Assembly (NCBI RefSeq): GCF_006345805.1
Contig: NW_021823940.1
Location: 1 to 20,534, forward strand
DNA: 20,534 nucleotides
Origin: Octopus sinensis
Taxonomy: Eukaryota
Direction of reading: 5' to 3'
This document shows, one piece after another, positions 7,866-17,900 of this stretch. The translations under genes and the position numbers were made by a program. Each line of letters opens with the position of its first letter. The stretch's first letter is position 1. A model generated the notes under the pieces. It was not told the origin of the DNA and did no database searches. It was given only the letters and a program-made list of their open reading frames with translations.

Positions 7866-9108
7866 TACAACAAACTGATTCTAAATCGTCTTGTCCTTTT
7901 TGTTGAACCTTTGCTCCGAAAGAACCAAAATGGATTCAGACATGGGCGCTCAACGCTGAGCCAGATACTATGCCTACGCAGACTTATTGAAAAATCAAAA
8001 GCATTTAATCGCGATCTTGCAATGGTATTTGTAGACTTTTCTAAAGCGTTCGATTCTGTAGATAGGTACAAGATGTTTGAAATCCTTAAGCTCTATGGGA
8101 TACCAGACAATATCATTTCTGCCATCAAGGTCCTCTACACAGATACGTCTTCAACCATCTTAACTCCTGACGGAGAAACATCATCTTTCTCAATCAAAGC
8201 CGAAATACTGCAGGGAGACACACTCGCCCCATTTCTTTTCATCATTGTCGTTGACTATGTGCTACGTATGTCAGTTGATAGCATCTCTGGCAAGGGCTTT
8301 GAAATAAAACCAAGAAGTTCCAGACACCCAGCTGAATACTTGATAGATACTGACTTTGCTGACGACATCGCTCTTATCAGTGATTCTCTCTCCAATGCCC
8401 AGTCTCTTTTACAATCTCTCGAACAAGCCTCAAATTGTGTAGGTCTTTACCTCAATGAGGCCAAGACTGAATACATAAACAAGTGCCTGTCCAACAGTGA
8501 TTGCATCATCCATAGTCTCAACAATGCGCCCTTAAATATGGTTTCTGATTACAAATATTTTGGGTCATACATATCATCATCTGGAAAAGATTTTCTAACT
8601 AGAAAGGGTATGGCCTGGTCAGCCTGTAATGACATGCATAAGATCTGGTCATCAAATCTAAGTAGAGACTTCAAATTTGAAATCTTCAAAGCCACAGTCG
8701 AACCAATTCTACTATATGGCTCAGAAACCTGGATGTTATCAAAGAAGCTTGAGAGGCGGTTGGATGGAACCTACACTCGCCTCCTTATGAGAGCTCAAAA
8801 TTTCTCGTGGAGGCGCCATCCAACCAAAATGCAAATATATGGGAAACTACCACCTGTGTCATCTCTTGTGAAAGGTAGAAGAGTCCAGTTTGCTGGACAT
8901 TGTTGTAGAGCTGAAAATGAGGTAATTTCTACTCTTCTCCTCTGGAAGCCATCTACTTGCAATACCAGAGGGCGCACACTCTCCTACCCTGATGTAATCT
9001 CCAGGGATACAGGCATCCAGCTACAGAACCTCCGGTAGTGCCATGATGGACCGTGAAGTCTGGCGTAGCATGGTAAATTCCATTGTCTCGACCACGGTCG
9101 AACAATGA
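7866..9108 (+). pseudogene. Reverse transcriptase and C-terminal domain of the RTE-group LINE (no start, no APE endonuclease)
   Basis: NQNGFRHGRST, VFVDFSKAFDSV, QGDTLAPFLF (8211), FADD (8355-8366), YKYFGS and LLYGSETW are in one open frame to 9038. Removing one G at 9034-9035 extends it by RSAMMDREVWRSMVNSIVSTTVEQ* to 9108. The listed ORF N-terminus (7773-7862) is flank read-through. Confidence 0.9.
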
Positions 9109-9117
9109 TGATGATGA
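7866..9117 (+). mobile_element. 5'-truncated RTE-group LINE with (TGA)n tail
   Basis: RT motifs, a C-terminal DR..WR motif, a (TGA)n tail from 9106 and a 10-bp TSD. The exact clade (RTE or RTE-X) is not resolved. Confidence 0.9.
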
Positions 9118-9127
9118 TGGGAGCAAG

Positions 9128-9556
9128 AGGGGAGGAAATAGAATGGGAGGAAGGCGAACAGAAGGGGAGAGAAGGGAGAATGTGGACGATAGGGAGGAAG
9201 GGAGAAAGGAGGAGGGAAGAGGAAGGGGGGAAGAAGGAGGAAAGAGGATGAGGAGGGGAGAGAAGAGGTGAGAAGGGGAACAAGGAGGAGAAGCAGGAGA
9301 TGGGGAGGAGGGGATGATAGATGAAAGAGGGAGGAGAGGAGGAGGAAATAGGAGTGGGAGGATGGGAGAGAAGGGGATGGTCAGATTTAGGGTTCGGGAA
9401 GGAGGAGGAGGACAGGTGAGGATAAGGGGATGTCGGAGGAGGAAGGAAAGGAGGGGAAGTAAAGGAGCGGAAAGGAGAAGAAAGGGAGGAATGGGAAAAG
9501 GAGGGAAAGGGGTGGAAGGGGAGGAGAAAAGGAAGATGAAGAAAGGGAGGAGGAAG
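9128..9556. repeat. Purine-rich (GGA/GAA-type) low-complexity tract
   Basis: About 430 bp of almost exclusively G and A on the + strand. It continues the short GA-rich stretch 5' of the RTE TSD (7836-7855). Confidence 0.9.
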
Positions 9557-10250
9557 TTTCTTTCTCACTCACATATCTATTGATATTTTTCAGTATTTTT
9601 CTCCCCCTAAACAAATTTTATGGAATGAGGATGCCAAAGTAGATCACGTGTGCTCCCAACCGACCGAGGCCGTGTTATGTGTGGAAGAAAAAACAACTAA
9701 ATACATCTTTAGCGTTCATATTAATTTGTCAAATGTGATGCTTATTTGTTCACGTTATTTTAAATTATTCAGGTTCAAAAGGGCTGTCCGCAATATTTGC
9801 TTGTATCATTGTAAATTTTTTACATATAAATTTGAAATTTTGTCAGTGGGTGCTTTATACACCACTGGTTTACAGTTATGTAATTTTAGCTGATCTTGCA
9901 GAGTAAATTTGACTTTTATGCGCAGGTAAATTTAATTAACAGGTGTAAAGCAATAACATTATTGATAAACACTAAAATTGAAATTCTTAATGCACCTTAC
10001 CAGTTTGATTTGTTAATAAAATTATTCCAGATGGCAACCGACAAAAATTTTGCCACTTTTCAAGATGAGGTACACTAATTTGAATTAATTAAAATACAAG
10101 TATGATTGGTACAAGATTTTATTCTTTCATTAAATATTTCGTTCCTCGGTAAGGAATAATTTTGTTCCAGTTTTTTCGTGTACATTCAACGAATCTGACC
10201 TCCAAACTTGCCGCAAGCCAATTTTTTTCCGGAAAAGAAAGGTGGAAGGA

Positions 10251-10277
10251 TGGTGGGAAACTTGAAGTTTCCCACCA
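10251..10277. repeat. Perfect 13-bp inverted repeat with a 1-nt spacer
   Basis: tggtgggaaactt-g-aagtttcccacca. Confidence 0.95.
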
Positions 10278-11022
10278 ACAGAGTTTTGTTTCGTGCGTCT
10301 TTTTTCCTTTTCCAGTTTATTTTGCATGCGTTCAACGAATGTAACATCGAAATTACACGTAAACAGCTCCTTTTTTCCAGAAGAGAAAATATTTGGCTGT
10401 TATTTCTAGCATACCCTGCTACCACGTAACAGCTACTTGCGTTCACAGTGAAATATTTGCTTTCACACCGAAATATTTATCAACTTTTTTCCTTCTATTT
10501 ATTTTTTTCTACTATATGGATCAATATTTTCTCTATTAACATCCAGCGAGATCACAGAACAAGTGGAAACACATCAAACACTGTTCCCGCTTGACATTTC
10601 CCGTTGTCTTTGCAAGCAACAAATGGGTGGATTTGGTTTCAAATCCAGGCAGGGCCAAACGCGGTCCTACAAGTTATTTATAATAATAAGTGGCCTTATA
10701 TCTTGGTTGAAAAAATGATGCATTCAATATTAAATATGCTAAGACAATCTGGAAACAATAAAAACTTTTAAATGTTTACCGGTTTTTATGAAATTTGGAA
10801 GCTAAATGTAACGGAAGTTAATTAGTCCGATAATGATTTCCAAAGTTAACTTAAAAGTTAAATCGGTAACGAAAATGTTATCTTCGTTAATTAACAATTA
10901 ACGGTTGAGTTCTACGGACCATTATGGTTTCCTGTTCTCTCGATCTGAATGTTCTCAGGAACCATCCGGACAAGCGCCAGCATTTTATTGGGAGCACACT
11001 AATATGCGTGTGTGGGTGGTGG

Positions 11023-11063
<41 letters not shown>

Positions 11064-11115
11064 GTGTATGTGTATATACGTGTGTGTATGTGTATGTGTG
11101 TGTATGCATATATGT

Positions 11116-11503
11116 GCGTGGCTGTGTGGTAAGAAGTTTCCTTCCCAGCCACATGGTTCCGGGTTCAATCCCACTGCGTGACACCTTGGGCAAGTCTGTT
11201 CTACTATAGCTTCGGTTGACCAAAGCCTTGTAAGTGGATTTGGTAGTCGTAAACTGAAAGAAGCGCAGCGTATGTATATATATGTATGTATATATTTGTG
11301 TGTCTGTGTTTGTTCCCCCACCATCACTTCAGAACCGATGTTGGTGTGTTTACGTCCCCTAACTTAGCGGTTAGGCAAAAGGGACCGATAGAATACGTAC
11401 TAGGCTTACAAAGAATAAGTCCCGGTGTCGATTTCTTCGATTAAAGGCGGAACTGCAGCATGGCCGCAGTCAAATGACAGAAGCAAGTGAAAGAATAAAA
11501 AGA
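11116..11503 (+). mobile_element. Near full-length tRNA-derived SINE with an internal (TA/TG) microsatellite
   Basis: A-box-like tggctgtgtgg (11119-11129), B-box ggttcaatccc (11162-11172), CORE-like gacaccttgggcaagt and an A-rich end. It resembles an abundant octopus SINE from memory; the subfamily is not assigned. Confidence 0.8.
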
Positions 11504-11589
11504 TGTGTGTGTATGCAAAGATATATATACATATAAAGATAAATTGTAAATAAGATATATATATACAACATACACACACACACACACAA

Positions 11590-11621
<32 letters not shown>

Positions 11622-11634
11622 TATATGTATATAT

Positions 11635-12017
11635 CGCGGCACTCCGTCGGTCACGACGACGAGGGTTCCAGTTGATCCGATTAACCGAACAGCCGGCTCG
11701 TGAAATGAACGTGCAAGTGGCCGAAAACTCTACAGCAACGTGTACCCTTAACGTAGTTCTCAGGAAGATACAGCGCGAGAGTGAATGTGAGAACGCTGGC
11801 CCTTTGAAATACAGGTACAACAGAAAAGGAAGAAAGAGTGAGAGGAAGTTGTGGTGAAACAGTAAAGCAGTGTTCGCCACCAGCACCTGCCATAGATTCG
11901 TGGAGCTTTAGGTGTTTTTGCTCAATAAATACTCTCACAACACGCGTCTGGGAATCGAAACCATGATCCCACGACCGCGACTCCGCAGTCCTAACTACTG
12001 GGCCATTGCACTTCTGC
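11635..12017 (-). mobile_element. Near full-length tRNA-derived SINE
   Basis: Minus-strand A-box tggcccagtagttag (12005-11991) and B-box ggtttcgattccc (11962-11950). Segment 11822-11993 is homologous to 17731-17900. Confidence 0.85.
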
Positions 12018-12054
12018 ATATATATATAAATAATATATATATTATATATATATA

Positions 12055-12095
<41 letters not shown>

Positions 12096-12105
12096 TATAA
12101 ATAAT

Positions 12106-12144
<39 letters not shown>

Positions 12145-12145
12145 T

Positions 12146-12191
<46 letters not shown>

Positions 12192-12195
12192 ATGC
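12018..12195. repeat. (TA)n microsatellite
   Basis: Directly visible. Confidence 0.95.
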
Positions 12196-12599
12196 ATATA
12201 TTAGTGCAGGACATCACTAACGGTTCAAATCCCTGACATACACGTAGACAACGAGAAAAAATGGAAAACATAGGGAAAGGACCCTTCATTAGTTGTCGGC
12301 TGTCTATGTGCTCCTCATTTCGAGCATTCAACGACAATATGAGTCTTCAAAGACAAAATAATATTTAGTAATTATGGACTATCAAAGTTGGGAACAAAAA
12401 CATGACAGTGGAGTCGTACAAGGAAACCGAACGAAAACAACAATGGAAGGTGGTTAGACCAGAACGAGAGGAAAATAGTGAACGCTGGGAGAAACATTTC
12501 TTTGAAAAGAGAAAAAATAGAAGAGAGAGGAAAACACGTCCGTTCTTTTGAACGTCTGTGCAGGGAAAGAAAGATGTACGATGGTCAGGTGTAAGCAAC

Positions 12600-12630
<31 letters not shown>

Positions 12631-12751
12631 AGAGAGAAACAGGAGAGGAAGACAGAGACAGATAGAAAACTGTGAAGAAGGGAGGGAAGAGAACGGCAGT
12701 TAGAAAAGGATGGGGGAAGGAAACAGTTTCATATATATATATATCTTTATA

Positions 12752-12791
<40 letters not shown>

Positions 12792-13070
12792 ATATATATA
12801 CAATATATATATATCTATATAAATCATGAATAATAGTTGACAGTAGCTGTATGAACGGATGTGAATAGATATGCACATATATAGACATATACATATGTTG
12901 TATATTTTTACATACTTACATAGAGTCAGGGATATAGAAACACACGCCACACACCCACACACACACACACTCATATATGCAGATACATATACATCTCAAT
13001 ATGTATGTACATATATATATATATATATATATTTATATATTTATATATACACACACACACAGAGAAGAGC

Positions 13071-13137
<67 letters not shown>

Positions 13138-13141
13138 GATG

Positions 13142-13183
<42 letters not shown>

Positions 13184-13277
13184 CAGAAAGATAGATAGAT
13201 AGATAGATAGAATAGATAGATAGATGATAGATAGATAGATAGATAGATAGATATAGATAGATAGATAGATAGATAGA

Positions 13278-13314
<37 letters not shown>

Positions 13315-13324
13315 GTAGATAGAT
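12600..13324. repeat. (GA)n, (TA)n, (CA)n and a long (ATAG)n array (13072-13324)
   Basis: Directly visible. This is the source of the YLSI-repeat ORFs. Confidence 0.9.
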
Positions 13325-13504
13325 TTGACTTCTCTGTGTTTTTTTTGTGTACGTATGCATGCTTGCACGTATGTGTATGTGGATGTATGCAGCCTATGTA
13401 AGTATGGACGAATGGCGTGTAAGCGCAAGTTCGCTTGCTCGAAAACCTTTGCGTATATTTGTGTATACACCATATAATACACTCAATCGAATACAAATAT
13501 ATTA

Positions 13505-13539
<35 letters not shown>

Positions 13540-13967
13540 CCCAGACACTTATGTATATCTATGTGTATGTTTATTTACGTACGTATGTATATGTTTGTGT
13601 GTATGTATGTACGCACGTATGTATGTGTGTGTGTAAACGTTGTTCTCTATAATTTATAGGATCCGTTTAAAATAGGTCTTTAGAGTTTCCCTAATTAATT
13701 GCTGCCTGTCTCGTCTGACCTTCTTGCCGGTCTGTCTGTTTGTCTGTCTATCTGTCCCGATGTATTCCAGTATGCCTGGCTGAGTGGTGTGGTGTGGTGT
13801 GGCGGGGCGCTTGTATGCGGTGTGTAGAGGAGGCGGGGAGGAGATTCCGCGTTCGCTCCTTAGCAATGTCACTTGTCTTTGTCTTCGTTCTAAAAATATT
13901 AGTAATTATGCTGACAAAGGCCTGTGTTGTGGGCGGTGTGCCTCGACCCGGCCGCCGCCGCCGTTGC

Positions 13968-14880
13968 GGTAGTAGTAGTAGCAGTGGCGACGGCGATGGC
14001 AGCGGCGATAGTTGTGGTGGTAGTGGTGGTGATTGTCGTCGACGTCGTCGTCGTCATCGAATAAGCAGATGATTGTGGTAGTGGTGGTGGTGGTGGTGGT
14101 GATGGTTGTGGTGATGGTAATGGTTGTGGTGGTGGTGGTGATGGTGGTGGTGGTGGTGGTGGTGGTGGTGGTGGTGGTGGTGGTGGTGGTGGTGGGTGGT
14201 GATGTGATGGTGGTGGGGTGGTGGTGGTGTGGTGGTGGTGGTGGTGGTGGTGTGGTTGTGGTGGTGGTGGTGGTGGTCGTTGTGGTGATGGTGGTGGTGG
14301 TGGTGATGATTGTGGTGGTGGTGGTAATGGTTGTGGTGATGGTGGTGGTGCTGTTGTCGCAATAGGCGGCGGTGGTGATTGTTGTGGTAATGTTACGAAA
14401 AGTAGTAGTAGTAGTAGTGGTGTTGGTGATGGTGGTGGTGGTGGTGGTGTGCGTCGTTGTTATCGAGTAGTGCAAATGATTGAGTTGGTGGTGGTGGTGA
14501 TTGTGGTGGTTATGTTACGAGTAGTAGTAGTAGTAGTAGCAGTAGTAGTAGTAGTAGTAGTAGTAGTATTGGCAGGGTTAGGGGTTGCACAATGACGGCA
14601 GAGATAGTGAAAGAGTTTCTATTGGAGAAAGAGATGGTGGTGTGTTGGTGGCAGTGCTGTTGTTGTGGTTATTGTTGTTGTTGATGGTGGTGGTAGTAGT
14701 ATTGTTGTTGTGGCAGTAATCGTGGTCGAGTCTATGGTGTTGGTGGGGACGGTGTAAATAAGATAGTGGAGTTTAATGTTGATGTTGGTGGTAGTGGCGG
14801 TGATTGGAGTGTGGTTGTGGTGGTAGTAGTGATAATGGTGGTGGTGGTGGTAGTGGTGGTGGTGGTTGTGGTGGTGAGAT
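13968..14880. repeat. Long (GGT)n/(GAT)n/(AGT)n trinucleotide low-complexity tract
   Basis: About 900 bp. This is the source of the poly-V, poly-G, poly-T and poly-H ORFs. Confidence 0.95.
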
Positions 14881-14978
14881 TTTCGCCGGCGTTGGCATTG
14901 ATCGTACTGTGACGAGCAATTTACGTTTTACGGAAAACTCTAATAAACAATATGTGTGTGTGTGTATATGTATATAAT

Positions 14979-15013
<35 letters not shown>

Positions 15014-15187
15014 GTATATTATTATATGTATATGCATATTTATATATATATATATGTGTGTGGATGTGTGTGTGTTAGTATATGTATGTATATATATATT
15101 TATATATGTATGTGTACACATCTGTTTGTTTATACACACACACACACATATAAATCCATGTATATATACACATATGTGTATATATAA

Positions 15188-16456
15188 TACGGTTATATAT
15201 AAATAATACGGGATTTTATACTTTTATTTTTCAAAATTAAGATAAACAAGGTTTTTTTTTTAAATTCTAAAATATACTCTCCTTCGCTTTCAACAATACT
15301 CTTCCATCTATCTGGTAGACTTGCAAGGCCCCTCTTACAAAATTCACTCGTCCGTGACGGAAATACTCCTCTAGTGCTGTTCTGACCTTGTCTACAGAAT
15401 TCATATTTTTCTGTCTAAATCATTTTGAAGACTGCGGAATAAATGATAATCAGATGGGGTGAATATGTCCGGCGAATACGGTAGGTGGGGCATCGTTTCC
15501 CGTTCAAACTGCTCCAACTTTTGGAATGTCATCCTCGCTGTATGTGGCCGAGTCACCTTTCATCTTGAAACCAAAGATGGTCGATTTTCTTCTAACGCTG
15601 ACTTAAGCCGCTCAAGCTGTTCGCAGTAGATCTCTTTTTGTGATCGTTCGGTTTGGGTTTAGAAGTTGAAAGTGGACTAAACCTTTCATATCCCACCAAA
15701 CAGATAACAACACCTTACATGGGTGAAGACCTTCTTTAGCCTGGGGTGTCGGTGTTTCTCCTTTCCTTCCCATGTCTGCAGCACTTGATATTTTTATAGA
15801 GAATCCATTTCTCGTCACCAGTTACTGTTCGGTCCAAAAAAGGTTCATTCGTGAGACGTGACAGCAAAGAAGAGCACACCCACACTCTCTGCGCGCAATA
15901 AGACTCGGAATGTGTGTGAGGAACTCATTGACCCAATTTGCTGACTTTTCCGATGGCATGCAGATGTCGATGAATGGTTGAATGGCCAAATCCAAGCCTC
16001 TCTGGTAGTTCCTCAACAGTTACGATAGGATTTTGTTCAACCAGGATTTGAAATATGTCCTGGTCGAGCTCCACAAATCTTCCTAGACGAGGTTCATCAT
16101 CTAGACTGTAGTTTCCGGCTCGGAATTTCTGGAACCACCATTGACACTGGCTTACTCTTATAGTCCGATTCCCATATACTGCATTAATATTTCTCGCATT
16201 TTCTGTTGAGTTTTTGCCTTTATTGAATTCAGGAAGCAAAATATGCCGAATATGCTCATTATAGCTTCCATTATAGCTTTGAAAAAATAACTGTTAAAAT
16301 CGAACTGCACTCTTCAAAACATGCACTAAGAATAAGTAGAAGATTAAATTACTACCTGCTTTTATAGCGAGTTGACGCAGGCGGCTTATTCCGTCAGCTC
16401 TGAATTTTAGTTCATGCAATTGAAAAAAGAGCCATTATTTACGGGAGGACCCAGTA
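15188..16456 (-). mobile_element. Near full-length decayed mariner (Tc1/mariner) DNA transposon, ~1.27 kb
   Basis: Transposase motifs are present. The right TIR ends ...ccattatttacgggaggacccagTA (16456). The left TIR remnant taaataatacggg (15200-15212) matches its reverse complement in part. The length is typical of mariners. Confidence 0.9.
15262..16271 (-). pseudogene. Mariner transposase pseudogene
   Basis: ATG at 16271-16269; HTH region EFNKG..WFQKFRAGNYSLDDEPR; GKVSKLGQ; KVLLSVWWDMKGLVHFQLL; PYSPDI..PSDYHLFRSLQN (about 15480-15425); terminal EGEYILE. Multiple frameshifts and stops. Confidence 0.92.
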
Positions 16457-16649
16457 CATGGCTTTCAAGATTGACCATAGCGGTCAATTTTTGTGCCACG
16501 TCCGAAATGAAAGCCTACAACACTCTACATTTGTAAAGTGTTCAATACTAAATTTGAAACCTGATTCAACCGAACGAAATTCTACGAAGATGGTAAGCAG
16601 TGTCCGTCCCTTTTCACATCCCTTTTCGGGAGCTGGTCGGGCTAAACAC

Positions 16650-16870
16650 ACTCTCTCTCTCTCTCAATCTATCTCACTCCCTCTCTCACTATATCTTTCT
16701 CCCTCTTTCTCTCTCCCTCTCTCTCTCTCTCTATATATATATATATCATTCTCTATCTCTCTCCCCTCTCCCTCCCTCTCTCTCCCTCTCTCTCCCACTC
16801 TCTCGCTCTTTCTCTCTCTCACTCTCTCTCTCTTTCTTTTTCTCTCTTTCTATCTCTATCTCTCTCTCTC
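16650..16870. repeat. (TC)n pyrimidine microsatellite
   Basis: Directly visible. Confidence 0.95.
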
Positions 16871-17524
16871 GTAGAACAATCTTTATCTCAGCATTTATCA
16901 TCCTTTTTCTTTTTCTTTTACATTAGTGATATGTCTGTTTCAATCAAGGAATTTTTCTGCTTTCTGTCAATGAGTATTCAATTCATATAAATTCATTTAT
17001 TAGTGATCATTTATTAACATCAGTTTTAATTCAAGCCTTATATATTATAATTTACGATTTACACGTTTGTGGTTTGCGTTCCACATATAAACATTTTTGT
17101 CAGTAATTTTCCAGCAAGGTGATTTTTTAAGCTGTTTGACAGCATGGAAAGAAGTGATGCTGTTTTAAGGTATCGAAACCACCTACAGTTTTCGCTGAGA
17201 TCAGCAGCTGAAGGGGTAGAGATCTCCTGTTGTATGAAATACGTTTTTCCTTCCTTCGTTATTCCCTCTGCTCATTATTACTGTCCTTCTTCATTTGTTT
17301 TCTTTACTCCGAGTAGTGCAGCTTCTTATTATATTTCTAATGTCCCTGGAGTATATCTTAAGGCTTCATTTGGGGAAATTTTCATTGCAGGATGATACAA
17401 CTTTGTAAGTAGTTATTATCTCGAAATGGCCCTTATAAGGTGAAGCATGTTTATATGTTTGCTTGAATCGGTATGTGCATGTATATGTATGTAAGTATGT
17501 GTGTGTATTATTTAACAGAATCCA

Positions 17525-17900
17525 AAACCGCTGCTGTTGCTGTTGAGCGAGCGGTCTTCGTCCCAGAGCTCGCAAGATCGCGCCTCTGTAGTGAGAGAAG
17601 TCCGAAACGTGGTCCTTTGCTGTTCGTGAGACTCGCAGAAGAGAAAGCATGTCAACACCCGACACCGAGAGCATCGACGGATGGATGAATGCGCATCCAG
17701 GCTCAGCGGTTGCGTAGGAAGTTGGGGACAAGAAACAGGAAGAAAGAGTGAGAGAACGTTGGGGCGAAAGAGTACAACAGGGGTTGCCCCCCCCCTGCCG
17801 GAGCCTCGTGGAGCTTTAGGTGTTTTAGCTCAATAAACATACACAACGCCCGGTCTGGGAATCGAAACCGCGATTCTACGACCGCGAGTCAGCTGCCCTA
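17525..17900 (-). mobile_element. tRNA-derived SINE sharing head and body with 11635-12017 but with a different distal region
   Basis: 17731-17900 aligns with 11822-11993 (B-box at 17869-17857; the A-box end is missing). Including 17525-17730 as a tail is inferred from recollection of octopus repeats. Confidence 0.7.

Larger units (their letters stand above)
7645..10914. mobile_element. Possible decayed hAT-like DNA transposon (GTTAA-rich subterminal repeats), interrupted by an RTE LINE
   Basis: Both ends are dense in GTTAA/GTAAC motifs and share aaatgtaacggaagtta (7743-7759 and 10804-10820), aaagttaactt (7703-7713 and 10842-10852) and cttcgttaat (7711-7720 and 10882-10891). There is a weak inverted match between accgtcaat and attaacggt (10897-10905). 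No transposase motif was recognised, so the superfamily is a guess. Confidence 0.4.

Noticed and set aside
11116-12017. A/B-box-containing segments as tRNA genes
   Set aside because: No complete cloverleaf can be drawn, and they continue into SINE bodies found elsewhere in the window.
12363-13910. Repeated ttagtaattatg near 12365 and 13899
   Set aside because: It is a 12-bp AT-rich match with no extension and is compatible with chance.
17144-17395. 83-aa ORF as a coding exon
   Set aside because: It has no recognisable domain, its composition is typical of AT-rich non-coding DNA, and there are no supporting neighbouring exons.
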